This document shows positions 19,321 through 28,414 of a stretch of DNA of 64,000 nt, in pieces. The notes under the pieces are model-generated. The model searched no databases and was not told the origin of the DNA. It worked only from the letters and a program-made list of their open reading frames with translations. The number at the start of each line of letters is the position of its first letter. The stretch's first letter is position 1. A program made the position numbers and the translations under genes. Origin of the DNA: Candidatus Fermentithermobacillaceae bacterium (lineage in GTDB: Bacteria > Bacillota > Sulfobacillia > Fermentithermobacillales > Fermentithermobacillaceae); assembly GCA_018052475.1 (NCBI GenBank), contig JAGPNG010000003.1, forward strand, positions 32,723 through 96,722. The letters run 5' to 3'.

Positions 19321-20778
19321 CTATAAGCTGTTGAGATCGCCAAACCGGCCTGGCCCCTTCTGGCGGCCTGCCAAAAACGCTCCTGCACTCATCCGTTTCT
19401 TCCCTTCCGGTTGAAGTTCCGTTACTGCCAATACTCCCTCTCCGCAGCAAACCAGCAGCTTGGATTCTTGGAGTCCTATTATCGTGCCCGGAACGCAGGC
19501 TTCCGCATCAGTCTTCTCATCTGCGTCAAGCAATTCTGTCTGCCATATTTTGATACGTTCTCCGCCAAAAGTCGTAACCGCACCCGGTGCCGGCGAAAGG
19601 GCTCTCACCAAATTGTGAATCTCCCTTGCGGAGCGATTCCAATCAATCACTTCTTCACCGGGCTTCAAATGAAAGGCCATGGTCTTTTTTCTCTCATCCT
19701 GAGGGATGCGCGGAGCTGACCCCTCATAGACTGCTTGGATTGCTTCTATTAGTGCGTCCGCGCCTATAATCGAAAGGCGTTTCTCAAGAGTGCCCGTCGT
19801 TTCATCAGGCCCTACAGCAACCACTTTTTGAAGACATATATCACCTGCATCCATGCCCTCATCCATGTACATTATCGAAACACCGGTCTCGGTTTCTCCG
19901 GCCATAATCTGCCTCTGTATAGGATTGCCTCCTCTGTATCTGGGCAATAAGGAAGGATGCACATTTAGGCATGCATATTTCGGAAGCTCAAGCACTTCCT
20001 TGGGCAACTTCTGGCCGAACGCAACCACCACTATAAAATCAGGCTGAACTTCCTTGATTGCTGATATAACATCGGCAGATCTCATGTCTCGAGGAGTAAT
20101 AACCTTGATTCCAAGTTCAGTGGCTCTTTGTTTGACGGGAGTTGCCCTCAAGATCTTGTTTCTACCGTACGGGCGATCCGGTTGAGTAACTACAAGCCGA
20201 ACATCAATTCCCGCTTTGATAAGAGCATCTAAAGATGGCAAAGAAAACTCGGGGCTACCCATAAACACACAGGTCAATCCTACTTTTTCTATATCTGGTT
20301 CCTCCGTCTCCTCTTCTTTCTCTTCGATCTCGGCTATAGATATCGCTTTGTCCACAAACATAGTGCCATCCAGATGATCTATCTCATGACACAATGCCCT
20401 GGCAAGAAGTCCTTCTCCTTCAACCCATGTAGTCTTGCCGTCTCTATCTAATGCCTTGACAAGTACCCTCACGGGTCTTTCTACTTCCCCAACAAACCCA
20501 GGCCAGCTCAAACATCCTTCCCATTGAACTTCTGTTTCATCAGATTCGGATACGATCTCCGGATTCACCAGAAAGTATGGCCCTTCTCCTACATCCAAGA
20601 CTACAAGGCGCTTCGAGATGCCTACTTGCGGAGCTGCTAATCCAACTCCCGACGCCGCCCTCATGCTATCGAGCATGTCATCGAGTATTTTCCTCACGCT
20701 ATTATTGACCCTGGCAACGGGTTTGGCTTTTTTCCGAAGTACAGGATCATCAAAAGTACGTATTTCAAGCTCGCCCAA
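19321..20778 (-). CDS. def-fmt: fused peptide deformylase / methionyl-tRNA formyltransferase
   Basis: One uninterrupted frame. Def motifs GVGLAAPQ, EGCLS and HEIDH come first, then the acidic linker IEEKEEETEEPDIEK, then Fmt motifs VFMGSPEF, LNVHPSLLPRYRG and DEGMDAGD. Start set to the TTG at 20778, after AAGGTG. Confidence 0.85.
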   Translation of the reverse strand: MGELEIRTFDDPVLRKKAKPVARVNNSVRKILDDMLDSMRAASGVGLAAPQVGISKRLVVLDVGEGPYFLVNPEIVSESDETEVQWEGCLSWPGFVGEVERPVRVLVKALDRDGKTTWVEGEGLLARALCHEIDHLDGTMFVDKAISIAEIEEKEEETEEPDIEKVGLTCVFMGSPEFSLPSLDALIKAGIDVRLVVTQPDRPYGRNKILRATPVKQRATELGIKVITPRDMRSADVISAIKEVQPDFIVVVAFGQKLPKEVLELPKYACLNVHPSLLPRYRGGNPIQRQIMAGETETGVSIMYMDEGMDAGDICLQKVVAVGPDETTGTLEKRLSIIGADALIEAIQAVYEGSAPRIPQDERKKTMAFHLKPGEEVIDWNRSAREIHNLVRALSPAPGAVTTFGGERIKIWQTELLDADEKTDAEACVPGTIIGLQESKLLVCCGEGVLAVTELQPEGKKRMSAGAFLAGRQKGPGRFGDLNSL

Positions 20779-20883
20779 TAGTATCACCTTTGAACTTTAC
20801 ATAAATTCATCGCTTCTAATTATACAGGAAGACGGGCCCTTTGAAAAATGGCACCATGCGGCAGATCAATACGCAGGTTACAC

Positions 20884-22854
20884 TCAGAATGATCCGAACG
20901 GTTCTTCAAGATCCAAATATACCTTCACGTGTGACGAGACAAGGACTGGCAATGAGGTTTTTACAGCATGAATTGCACAGTATCTGTCCGGCGACTTCAC
21001 CATGATGTGCCACCTGTACTGGCCTCGCACCTTGACCTTAGGGGCTGGGCTAGGTCCTAATACCACGATTTTCTCGGATTTACTTTCGATTTCCGCTGCT
21101 AACAAATCCGAGGCTTCAATAACTTTTTCCTCGGATTTGCCGGCAACCGTGATCCTCATTACAAATCCAAAAGGTGGGTATTTTAGTACCTTTCTGTTCT
21201 CGGTCTCTACTGAATAGAAGAGTTCCGGATCCAATGCGCCTTGTATAGCATGATGCGCGGGATTTAGGGTCTGGATTATGAACCGCTTCTTCATTTCTTT
21301 GTGACTTGGGGTCTCCTCCTCGTTTAAGAGACACCGAAGCTTGGTGAGCAACCGAAAAACTTGTTCCGGCGCCAAATAATCAGGAAGATTCAAGATATTG
21401 TCAGCAGACAATACACCCACAACCTCGAGCTCGGGAACCCTCGGAACGCTAAAAACCATCTGGGTGCACAAAAGGCACGAAGGCGTCTGTGACTCAAATC
21501 CCCGGATATTATCACAAATGTCTTCTTTGGAATCCTGGTCGACTTGAAAAACCGGGACTTTAGGAAAGCGCTTGTTGAATTCTGACCGGGCGCGATCTAT
21601 GCCATAACCAACCGGCTTCCAATCGAATCCCTGGCACACCGGACATTGCACCGGAGGATTCTCCCTATAGCCACAAGTGTGACAAATCAACCGGCTCTCC
21701 TTGGAATGGTATGCCATGGGTACCGAACACCTTGGACACAGAATCACATTCCCACACTCGGCACATACGAGGCTAGATGCGGTACCTCTCTTGTTTATAA
21801 AAAGAAGAGCTCTCTTGCCAGCGCCAAAGGCATCTGCCAGTGCAAGGTGCAATTCCTTGCTGATGAGAACCCTATTCTTGCGTCCCAAAAGGCTGACTAT
21901 CTCTGAATCCACATTATTTCGTAAAGGGAAGCCTTCTTTGATCTCGTCGAACATATCTTGTGAAAAACCGTAGTTCGCAACCACAGAAGGTACATATGAG
22001 CCTAGAATCACAGGGCAGTTCTCATACCTGCCCCGCAGCTTCGCCACGGTTCTTCCGTTGTACTTAGGGTACTCTTCTGCCTTGTAGTGCACGGATTCTT
22101 CTTCGTCGACAATAACAAGGCCCAGATCCTTTATCGGATTAAAGGCAGCTGATCTCGTCCCTACTGTAATCCGTTTTTTACCGTCTCTCACTTCAAGCCA
22201 CTGATTCCGTCTTGAGACCGCAGTCATATCCGAATGTACTACCGCAAGTACCTCGTCACCATAAATGGGAGCCAGCCTCCGCTCAGCTTCTTCGGCTCTA
22301 CTGATTTCAGGCACAAGAACGAGCACATTCGAACCGGCATTGATGGCCTTTTCGATGGCATCTAGGTATACGCTCCATCTGAACGAATCTGAACCTTGGA
22401 CAAAAGTATCCCGATCATGTGAATCCTGATTTCCCGCCTTCTCAGAAGTGCAAGGAGCATCATGTTCTTTTACACACAGCGTCTGAAACGATTCCTTCTT
22501 TACGTCGATCTTCTTGACCTGGGGCGGCCACAAATAACCCCAAAAAGAAGAAATAGTTGCTAAGTAGTAATCTCTCAGCGTGAGTCCAAAATCCAACAGG
22601 TTCCTTGGCGGTAGGAAATTCAAATCATACACGGAAATAACGTCTTTTAGGTCAACATCCGGTGCAGCAAAAGGACGCCCAACGACATACCCGTCCACAT
22701 TTCTTCGACCAAATGGAACATAGACTTTTGCACCATAAGGTAAAACAACATCTCCGGGGACTTTATATGTAAATACCTTGTCACCCATGGATGGAAGGTC
22801 AACTACAATGTCTACGTAGTTGCCGCAGACCACGTCAATTCCTTCGTTCGTCAA
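20884..22854 (-). CDS. priA: primosomal protein N-prime (PriA) homolog with degenerate helicase motifs
   Basis: N-terminal 3-prime-DNA-binding domain (VPFGRRNVDGYVVG). Zn-binding CAECG..CPRC...CHTCG...CPVC. The Walker A position reads QGSDSFRWSVYL and the Walker B position reads DEEE. Confidence 0.85.
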   Translation of the reverse strand: MTNEGIDVVCGNYVDIVVDLPSMGDKVFTYKVPGDVVLPYGAKVYVPFGRRNVDGYVVGRPFAAPDVDLKDVISVYDLNFLPPRNLLDFGLTLRDYYLATISSFWGYLWPPQVKKIDVKKESFQTLCVKEHDAPCTSEKAGNQDSHDRDTFVQGSDSFRWSVYLDAIEKAINAGSNVLVLVPEISRAEEAERRLAPIYGDEVLAVVHSDMTAVSRRNQWLEVRDGKKRITVGTRSAAFNPIKDLGLVIVDEEESVHYKAEEYPKYNGRTVAKLRGRYENCPVILGSYVPSVVANYGFSQDMFDEIKEGFPLRNNVDSEIVSLLGRKNRVLISKELHLALADAFGAGKRALLFINKRGTASSLVCAECGNVILCPRCSVPMAYHSKESRLICHTCGYRENPPVQCPVCQGFDWKPVGYGIDRARSEFNKRFPKVPVFQVDQDSKEDICDNIRGFESQTPSCLLCTQMVFSVPRVPELEVVGVLSADNILNLPDYLAPEQVFRLLTKLRCLLNEEETPSHKEMKKRFIIQTLNPAHHAIQGALDPELFYSVETENRKVLKYPPFGFVMRITVAGKSEEKVIEASDLLAAEIESKSEKIVVLGPSPAPKVKVRGQYRWHIMVKSPDRYCAIHAVKTSLPVLVSSHVKVYLDLEEPFGSF

Positions 22855-24040
22855 GGATGTTCTTCACTTGGTCGATAATGGCCATGGCGACTTCATATTT
22901 AGATGCAGGCCCTATATCGAAGCAAGTGCCATCTGGCATTATTATGGTCACAGCATTGGTATCGGCTCCAAAAGCCCTGTCCGGCAACCCCACTTGATTG
23001 GCGCAGATAAAATCGAGGTTCTTCTTTATGATTTTGGCCTTTGCGTTTTCCACAACATCGTCTGTTTCAGCAGCAAAACCCACTAGAATCCTGGAACCTT
23101 TGTTCTCACCCAAGGTCTTGAGAATATCTACGGTTTCACTCAGAGCAAGGCACAACACGTCACCCTGCTTCTTGATTTTCTTTTCGCTATATTCAACAGG
23201 CTTAAAGTCTCCGGGAGCGGCACAGCCAATAACTACCTGTACTTCAGGATATACCTCAAGACACGCGCGCAACATATCTTCAGTTGTGTCCACTTTCTTC
23301 AAGATGACCCCGAATGGGGGAACGAGTTCGCTGGGGCCCGATACCAAATAGACCTTAGCTCCTCTTTTTGCGGCTGCTTCCGCTATCGCGTAACCCATCT
23401 TTCCAGTTGACGGATTGGAAATATACCTCACAGGATCGATCCATTCCCTGGTTGGGCCCGCGGTTACCAGAAACGTAACGTCTTTTAGATCTTTTTCTAT
23501 TGAAAGAGTATCTACTATTTTCTCCACGATCTTTTCGGGGTCAGGCAACCTCCCTTTGCCGACAGCCCCTGATGCCAGGCGACCGTATTCCGGCTCTAGG
23601 ATTTCATAGCCTAGTCCCTTCAATTTGGAGATATTTTGTTGTACCACTTTGTTCTCATACATATTGTGGTTCATAGCGGGACATATAATCACAGGACAAG
23701 TACAGGCCATGACCGTAGTTGTGAGAAAATCATCGGCAATTCCATTGGCTATCTTACCTATGCAGTTTGCGGTCGCAGGGCACAAAACAAATAGATCCGC
23801 CATTTCTGCTAAGGCTATGTGCTCTACGTTCCATTGTTTAGGCTCTTCAAACATATGAACGATTACGGGTTGAGCAGAAATAGTACGGAAAGTAAGCGGC
23901 GCAACTAGTTTGGTGGCATTTTCTGTCATCACTACGTGAGTTTCAGCGCCTAATTTTCTGAGTCTTGATACAACATCTACTGTTTTGTATGCGGCTATGC
24001 CGCCTGATACACCCACCACTATGTTTTTTCCAGAAAGCAT
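22835..24040 (-). CDS. coaBC: bifunctional phosphopantothenoylcysteine decarboxylase/synthetase
   Basis: GVSGGIAAYK flavoprotein N-terminus, PAMNHNMY, and the C-terminal CoaB domain (AGPTREWIDPVRYISNPSTGKMG). Confidence 0.93.
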   Translation of the reverse strand: MLSGKNIVVGVSGGIAAYKTVDVVSRLRKLGAETHVVMTENATKLVAPLTFRTISAQPVIVHMFEEPKQWNVEHIALAEMADLFVLCPATANCIGKIANGIADDFLTTTVMACTCPVIICPAMNHNMYENKVVQQNISKLKGLGYEILEPEYGRLASGAVGKGRLPDPEKIVEKIVDTLSIEKDLKDVTFLVTAGPTREWIDPVRYISNPSTGKMGYAIAEAAAKRGAKVYLVSGPSELVPPFGVILKKVDTTEDMLRACLEVYPEVQVVIGCAAPGDFKPVEYSEKKIKKQGDVLCLALSETVDILKTLGENKGSRILVGFAAETDDVVENAKAKIIKKNLDFICANQVGLPDRAFGADTNAVTIIMPDGTCFDIGPASKYEVAMAIIDQVKNILDERRN

Positions 24041-24080
24041 ATCGTTATCTGCACCCCGAATCTGTTACAGAGTTAAGCGT

Positions 24081-24109
24081 TTTGAGGCGCCTTTGAAAGG
24101 CGCCTCAAA
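24081..24109 (-). other. 11-bp GC-rich hairpin between rpoZ and coaBC, no U tract
   Basis: TTTGAGGCGCC-N7-GGCGCCTCAAA. Confidence 0.5.
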
Positions 24110-24113
24110 CACA

Positions 24114-24332
24114 TTAACACGACATTGATGCCGTGTGCTTGCGCGGAACTCGTTGGACCACTACTTCGCCCCTGGCAATTTCCTGAATGGCTACGGTAAC
24201 AGGCTTCTGAGGACCTAACAATCCACTTTCTTTTCTATCCACTATTTGCCTGGCTCTTTTTGCAACACCGACAACCAAGAAATACTTAGATCCAGTTTTG
24301 CGAATCAAATCACGCAGGGTTGGAGTTATCAT
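24114..24332 (-). CDS. rpoZ: DNA-directed RNA polymerase subunit omega
   Basis: MITPTLRDLIRKTGSKYFLVVGVAKRARQ. The internal ATG at 24332 was chosen; it overlaps the gmk 3-prime end by 23 nt. Confidence 0.88.
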   Translation of the reverse strand: MITPTLRDLIRKTGSKYFLVVGVAKRARQIVDRKESGLLGPQKPVTVAIQEIARGEVVVQRVPRKHTASMSC

Positions 24333-24933
24333 CTCGCGACCTCCTCTGGACTTCACAAAGGCAATCTCCATGAGCAATTCTCTCTCCTAGTATAATTGCA
24401 GATAGCCTATCTTTAGCTCTTTCCATATCTGTATTGATGATAACATAATCAAAGTCACTTAGATCTGCAATTTCCCTGCGAGCGCTGTCGAACCTCATAG
24501 CCATTTCAGTTTCTTTTTCCGTCCCTCGAGACTCAATTCTCCTTCTGAGTTCTTCCATGGATGGTGGTAGGATGAATATGAAGATCCCCTCGGGATACAC
24601 TTGCCTCAGAGTTCTGGCACCCTGAACATCTTTTTCAACTATGACCAGCGATCCCTCGGCAATAGCCTTTTCAATGTCCTCTCTAGGCGTTGCATAGTAA
24701 TTGCCATATACCTCTGCCCACTCGACAAATTCACCGTTGTCTTTTCTTCTAAGAAAATCAGGCGTAGAAACGAAAGTATAATCAACCCCATCTATCTCAC
24801 CCGGACGGGGTTGCCTAGTAGTAATAGACGGACAGAACTTGATTTCCGGATGCTCATTCAATAGTGCCCGTCTTAAAGTTCCCTTACCACATCCAGAAGG
24901 AGCTGTGACAACAAACAGCAATCCTTTTCTCAT
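24310..24933 (-). CDS. gmk: guanylate kinase
   Basis: APSGCGKGT P-loop, ITTRQPRPGE and GVDYTFVS motifs. Confidence 0.93.
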   Translation of the reverse strand: MRKGLLFVVTAPSGCGKGTLRRALLNEHPEIKFCPSITTRQPRPGEIDGVDYTFVSTPDFLRRKDNGEFVEWAEVYGNYYATPREDIEKAIAEGSLVIVEKDVQGARTLRQVYPEGIFIFILPPSMEELRRRIESRGTEKETEMAMRFDSARREIADLSDFDYVIINTDMERAKDRLSAIILGERIAHGDCLCEVQRRSRDDNSNPA

Positions 24934-24973
24934 CTTCTATGAAACTGCCTCTCTCGATTGGTAGTAGACACCT

Positions 24974-25285
24974 TTACGAGTCCTGAAAGTGCGCCAAAAG
25001 AGCCTCTTTCTGACGTTTGCCCAACCCTTGGACGCGCCTCGACTCGTTTATGCCTATCTCCGACATGATTTTACTTGCTTTCACCTTGCCAACTCGTGGC
25101 AGCGACTCCAACAAATATGAGACCTTCATCCTCGAAACCACGGGATCGTCTCGATCAAGAACTTCTTCGAGCTTGATCTCTCCCTTCTTGAGTTGTTCCC
25201 GAAGATCCGCTCGTGCCTTACGCATGTCTTGAGCTTTTTCGAGCGCCTTCATTCTCTCTTCCTGAGTCAAACTTGGGAGCGCCAT
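24974..25285 (-). CDS. mihF: integration host factor, actinobacterial type (mIHF-like)
   Basis: MALPSLTQEERMKALEKA...SRMKVSYLLESLPRVGKVKASKIM...RRVQGLGKRQKEALL matches, from memory, the M. tuberculosis mIHF sequence almost motif for motif. It sits directly upstream of gmk, as in actinobacteria. Confidence 0.8.
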   Translation of the reverse strand: MALPSLTQEERMKALEKAQDMRKARADLREQLKKGEIKLEEVLDRDDPVVSRMKVSYLLESLPRVGKVKASKIMSEIGINESRRVQGLGKRQKEALLAHFQDS

Positions 25286-25314
25286 CTCATTCCCTCCTTA
25301 GGTATATCTGCCAA

Positions 25315-25323
25315 ATTATAGCA
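25315..25323 (-). promoter_or_regulatory. extended -10 promoter element for mihF
   Basis: The minus strand reads TGCTATAAT about 25 nt upstream of the AAGGAGGG SD. Confidence 0.4.
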
Positions 25324-25480
25324 GTCTCTACGTCCGACTTGTAGCAACTGCTTGTATTCGGCGTTATTCGCTCTTGCTGCGAAAATTCCTCTTTTGGCGC
25401 TCAATTTTCTACAAGAATATCCAAGTCACAGCGGCCTTTGAGTCCTAAGCCCCAAATAAGAGGGGCGAATACGGCGCGAG

Positions 25481-26710
25481 TTATCGTTTTCTACTCTCAA
25501 AAAGCCTAGCTGCTACGATGAAAGAAACAAGCGCCAGCAAATTGAAACCTCCGGCCATGAAGAAACTCACATCAAAACTACCTATTGCTTCGGCCAAATA
25601 CCCTGTCACAGCCGGCGCTACCGCCATGGCAAGGGCTCCGGCAAAGTTAAAGAGCGCCAACATAGTGCTCCGCGATTCAGGCGGTGAACTCTCGCTCACA
25701 TAGTTGATAAGACCCGGATCTATAACGAGTTTCCCGGTAGCGCCATAAAGGGCAAGAAAGAAGACAAGCGTGGCAGTGCTGTTTGCCAAGGGAATCGCCA
25801 CAGTAGCTATAGCTGATAGCGGTAAGCATACGTTGATTACCGAAGCTTTACTGCCCAGTCTATCTGATATGTATCCACCCAAGATCGTGGCGGGAGCCAT
25901 AACAAAAGGCATTACTACGGGTATGGTTGCAGAAAGACTTGGACTAAATCCTCTTATCGCCTGAAGATAGTAAGGGAGCCAAGTCAGCATAAGGTAAAAT
26001 CCGTACATGCTGAGGAAATGCGTAACTGAGAACAGTATCAGAAACAAAACCGAACTACGCTGATAAGACTCAGGCTCATTATGGTCATCTACAGCGGATT
26101 CGACCCTGTCTACCCCAGTGCTTCCCTTGGATGACAATTCAGGTTCAGGAACGTACTTTATGATAGCAAAGATGAAAGCTACAGATGCACATCCCAAAAC
26201 AATGAAAGGAAGCCTCCAGCCCATCGCGCTATTTGAAAGAAGCCTCCCAAAAATCATGCCTAGACCAGTGCCCAAAGCTGAACCTGCCACGGATGCGCTA
26301 TTCCCCAGCGCTTTTCTCTCCTCAGGAACGATTTTGCTTATAATCGCAAACTGACATGCAAAGTACGTAGCCTGGCCAGCACCGGAAATCACCCGAGTCC
26401 AAAGAAACTGCTGGTGAGTCACAGCAAACCCGCTCAACAGCACAGCAACGGACTGAAGACTGAAGCCGACCAGCAATACCTTCTTAGACCCCAACTTATC
26501 AGCAAGAAAACCTGTAGGAATCTGCAGAGCGGTATAGGCAAGGAAGAAACTTGAGCTTATCAGGCCTAGCGCGGATTCGGTCAAGGTCCAGTAATCCGCT
26601 ATGTCCTTCAAGGTGACAGACAATACAGTTCTAGCAGCATAGAGCAAAAACCAGCCAGTTGACAGAATCAAGACACTTCTTATCCAGTTATTGTTAGATG
26701 TAGAACGCAA
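25481..26710 (-). CDS. MFS transporter
   Basis: About 12 predicted hydrophobic helices with a central hydrophilic loop, and MFS-like motifs (LADKLGSKKVLL). Confidence 0.8.
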   Translation of the reverse strand: MRSTSNNNWIRSVLILSTGWFLLYAARTVLSVTLKDIADYWTLTESALGLISSSFFLAYTALQIPTGFLADKLGSKKVLLVGFSLQSVAVLLSGFAVTHQQFLWTRVISGAGQATYFACQFAIISKIVPEERKALGNSASVAGSALGTGLGMIFGRLLSNSAMGWRLPFIVLGCASVAFIFAIIKYVPEPELSSKGSTGVDRVESAVDDHNEPESYQRSSVLFLILFSVTHFLSMYGFYLMLTWLPYYLQAIRGFSPSLSATIPVVMPFVMAPATILGGYISDRLGSKASVINVCLPLSAIATVAIPLANSTATLVFFLALYGATGKLVIDPGLINYVSESSPPESRSTMLALFNFAGALAMAVAPAVTGYLAEAIGSFDVSFFMAGGFNLLALVSFIVAARLFESRKR

Positions 26711-26861
26711 TTTGAGCTGACCCCCAAGGTGCCATAATAGCTTATACTAGACTATAATAGCACTTGCAGGCTAAGAAGGCGTACAATTGTGTCCTGTGCT
26801 TAATATCGAACGTGAGTTGGTCTATGAATTGCCACAGCACCTAAGAAAAGGGGTATTTTGA

Positions 26862-28376
26862 TTGCGTAATTTCGCATACGGTACATGGCGCAGTGTGAAG
26901 GCTTCGGCTATATGCGCTTTCATATTTATCTTAACCCTTTCACCTATAGCTAATGCCCAGTCAGCATCAGTGTACCTAGATCCAGATACATACCGGAATG
27001 TCACTTTGGAAGTTAATCCCGTAGAACCGCCCTACGCAAATGTGTTCCTGGATATGGCTCCAATAAAGAGCCCTATAAGACCTTATGTCGAAAACGGGTG
27101 CACAATGGTGCCTATGAGAGCGCTCGGAGAAGCGCTTGGCGCTCAAATTGGCTGGAATGCTGAAAAGAAGGCAGCCACATTCTCCAAGGGTACAATGTCT
27201 GTAACTGTAACCATAGGAACATCTACTATTAGTACTGCTGATAATAGGACTATAACTATGCCTGAACCCGCGTCTTTGGTTGACGGAACTACCATGGTAC
27301 CATTACGCCTTTTTAGTGAGATTCTGGGTTATGAAGTAGCGTGGGACCAAAACACCCGGTCGGCATATGTGACATCTACACCACAAGCGTTGGAACTCTG
27401 GGGATTCTATGCTCTGGGCTCTTCTACGTATTCAAGCTGGCAAGACCTATTTGGCGCCAAGTATCCGTACACAGACTCGTCCGGTCTAGCAAACACAACA
27501 GACGGGGTATTTGCAGGATGGTTTTGCGTTGACCAAGATGGGGCGTTAGTCACCGGCGAAAACCCAACTGGATTTCAGAAACCTGACGGATGGCCTTCCG
27601 TTGTTCTTGAGTCAAAGCGACAAGGCGTCAAATTGTTTTCTATGTATTTTGCGGACCAAGAACACAGCAACATATCTCGGCTGCTCGAGAACCCAACTCT
27701 AAGATACAAACTTGCCAAAGATATTTCAACATCGTCATTTGAGTACGATGGGGTGCTTATAGACTTTGAGGAGATCGGCCTTGATCCCTCTTCAGCCGAT
27801 TCAGACATGCAGAATTTCAACGCGTTTTTGGATGAACTTCATCGTCTTCTGGACGGCAAGTCTCTTTCGGTAGCTGTACCTCCCCTAAACGGCTCTTTTG
27901 CAGGCTATGACCATGCCCATATAGGAAAGGTTGCCGATTTTCTAGTCATCATGGCCTATGGATATGAGGACAGGTCTGTGCCTACCCCTACTGCACCATT
28001 TTCTAAGGTGGATGAAGCCGTTAAACTTGAAATGCAGGTAATTGACCCGAAGAAAATAATCCTTGGCATCCCTGCATATGGAACGTTATATGCCCGAGAT
28101 TCTGAACATACATACCTGTTTTCAAAGCCACCGGCAAAAGACGTGGAGATTGGGCTTCCTGAGTACTCGTCAGGCAATGCAGCTGCAAAGTCATTTGCTC
28201 CCGACTACCTGTGCAATCGAGTTAAGTGGCAAGGACAAGAACTTGAGTACGAAGGTTTCTTGGAGGATGCATTGAGTCTCAACGTTAGGATTAACATGGC
28301 GAAAAGATATGGGATAAAAGGAGTGGCAATCTGGAGACTTGGCTTCATTACGAAAACGGTCCTGGCGCTTCCGTAA
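26862..28376 (+). CDS. secreted GH18 (chitinase-like/spore peptidoglycan hydrolase YaaH-type) protein with copper-amine-oxidase-N-like wall-binding domain
   Basis: Signal peptide ending ANAQSA. Two MVPMRALGE/MVPLRLFSE stalk repeats. GH18 motif DGVLIDFEEI. TTG start after AAAAGGGG. Confidence 0.75.
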   Translation: MRNFAYGTWRSVKASAICAFIFILTLSPIANAQSASVYLDPDTYRNVTLEVNPVEPPYANVFLDMAPIKSPIRPYVENGCTMVPMRALGEALGAQIGWNAEKKAATFSKGTMSVTVTIGTSTISTADNRTITMPEPASLVDGTTMVPLRLFSEILGYEVAWDQNTRSAYVTSTPQALELWGFYALGSSTYSSWQDLFGAKYPYTDSSGLANTTDGVFAGWFCVDQDGALVTGENPTGFQKPDGWPSVVLESKRQGVKLFSMYFADQEHSNISRLLENPTLRYKLAKDISTSSFEYDGVLIDFEEIGLDPSSADSDMQNFNAFLDELHRLLDGKSLSVAVPPLNGSFAGYDHAHIGKVADFLVIMAYGYEDRSVPTPTAPFSKVDEAVKLEMQVIDPKKIILGIPAYGTLYARDSEHTYLFSKPPAKDVEIGLPEYSSGNAAAKSFAPDYLCNRVKWQGQELEYEGFLEDALSLNVRINMAKRYGIKGVAIWRLGFITKTVLALP

Positions 28377-28414
28377 ACGCGAACAAGCGAAGCACCAGGA
28401 ACCCGCAAGATGAC

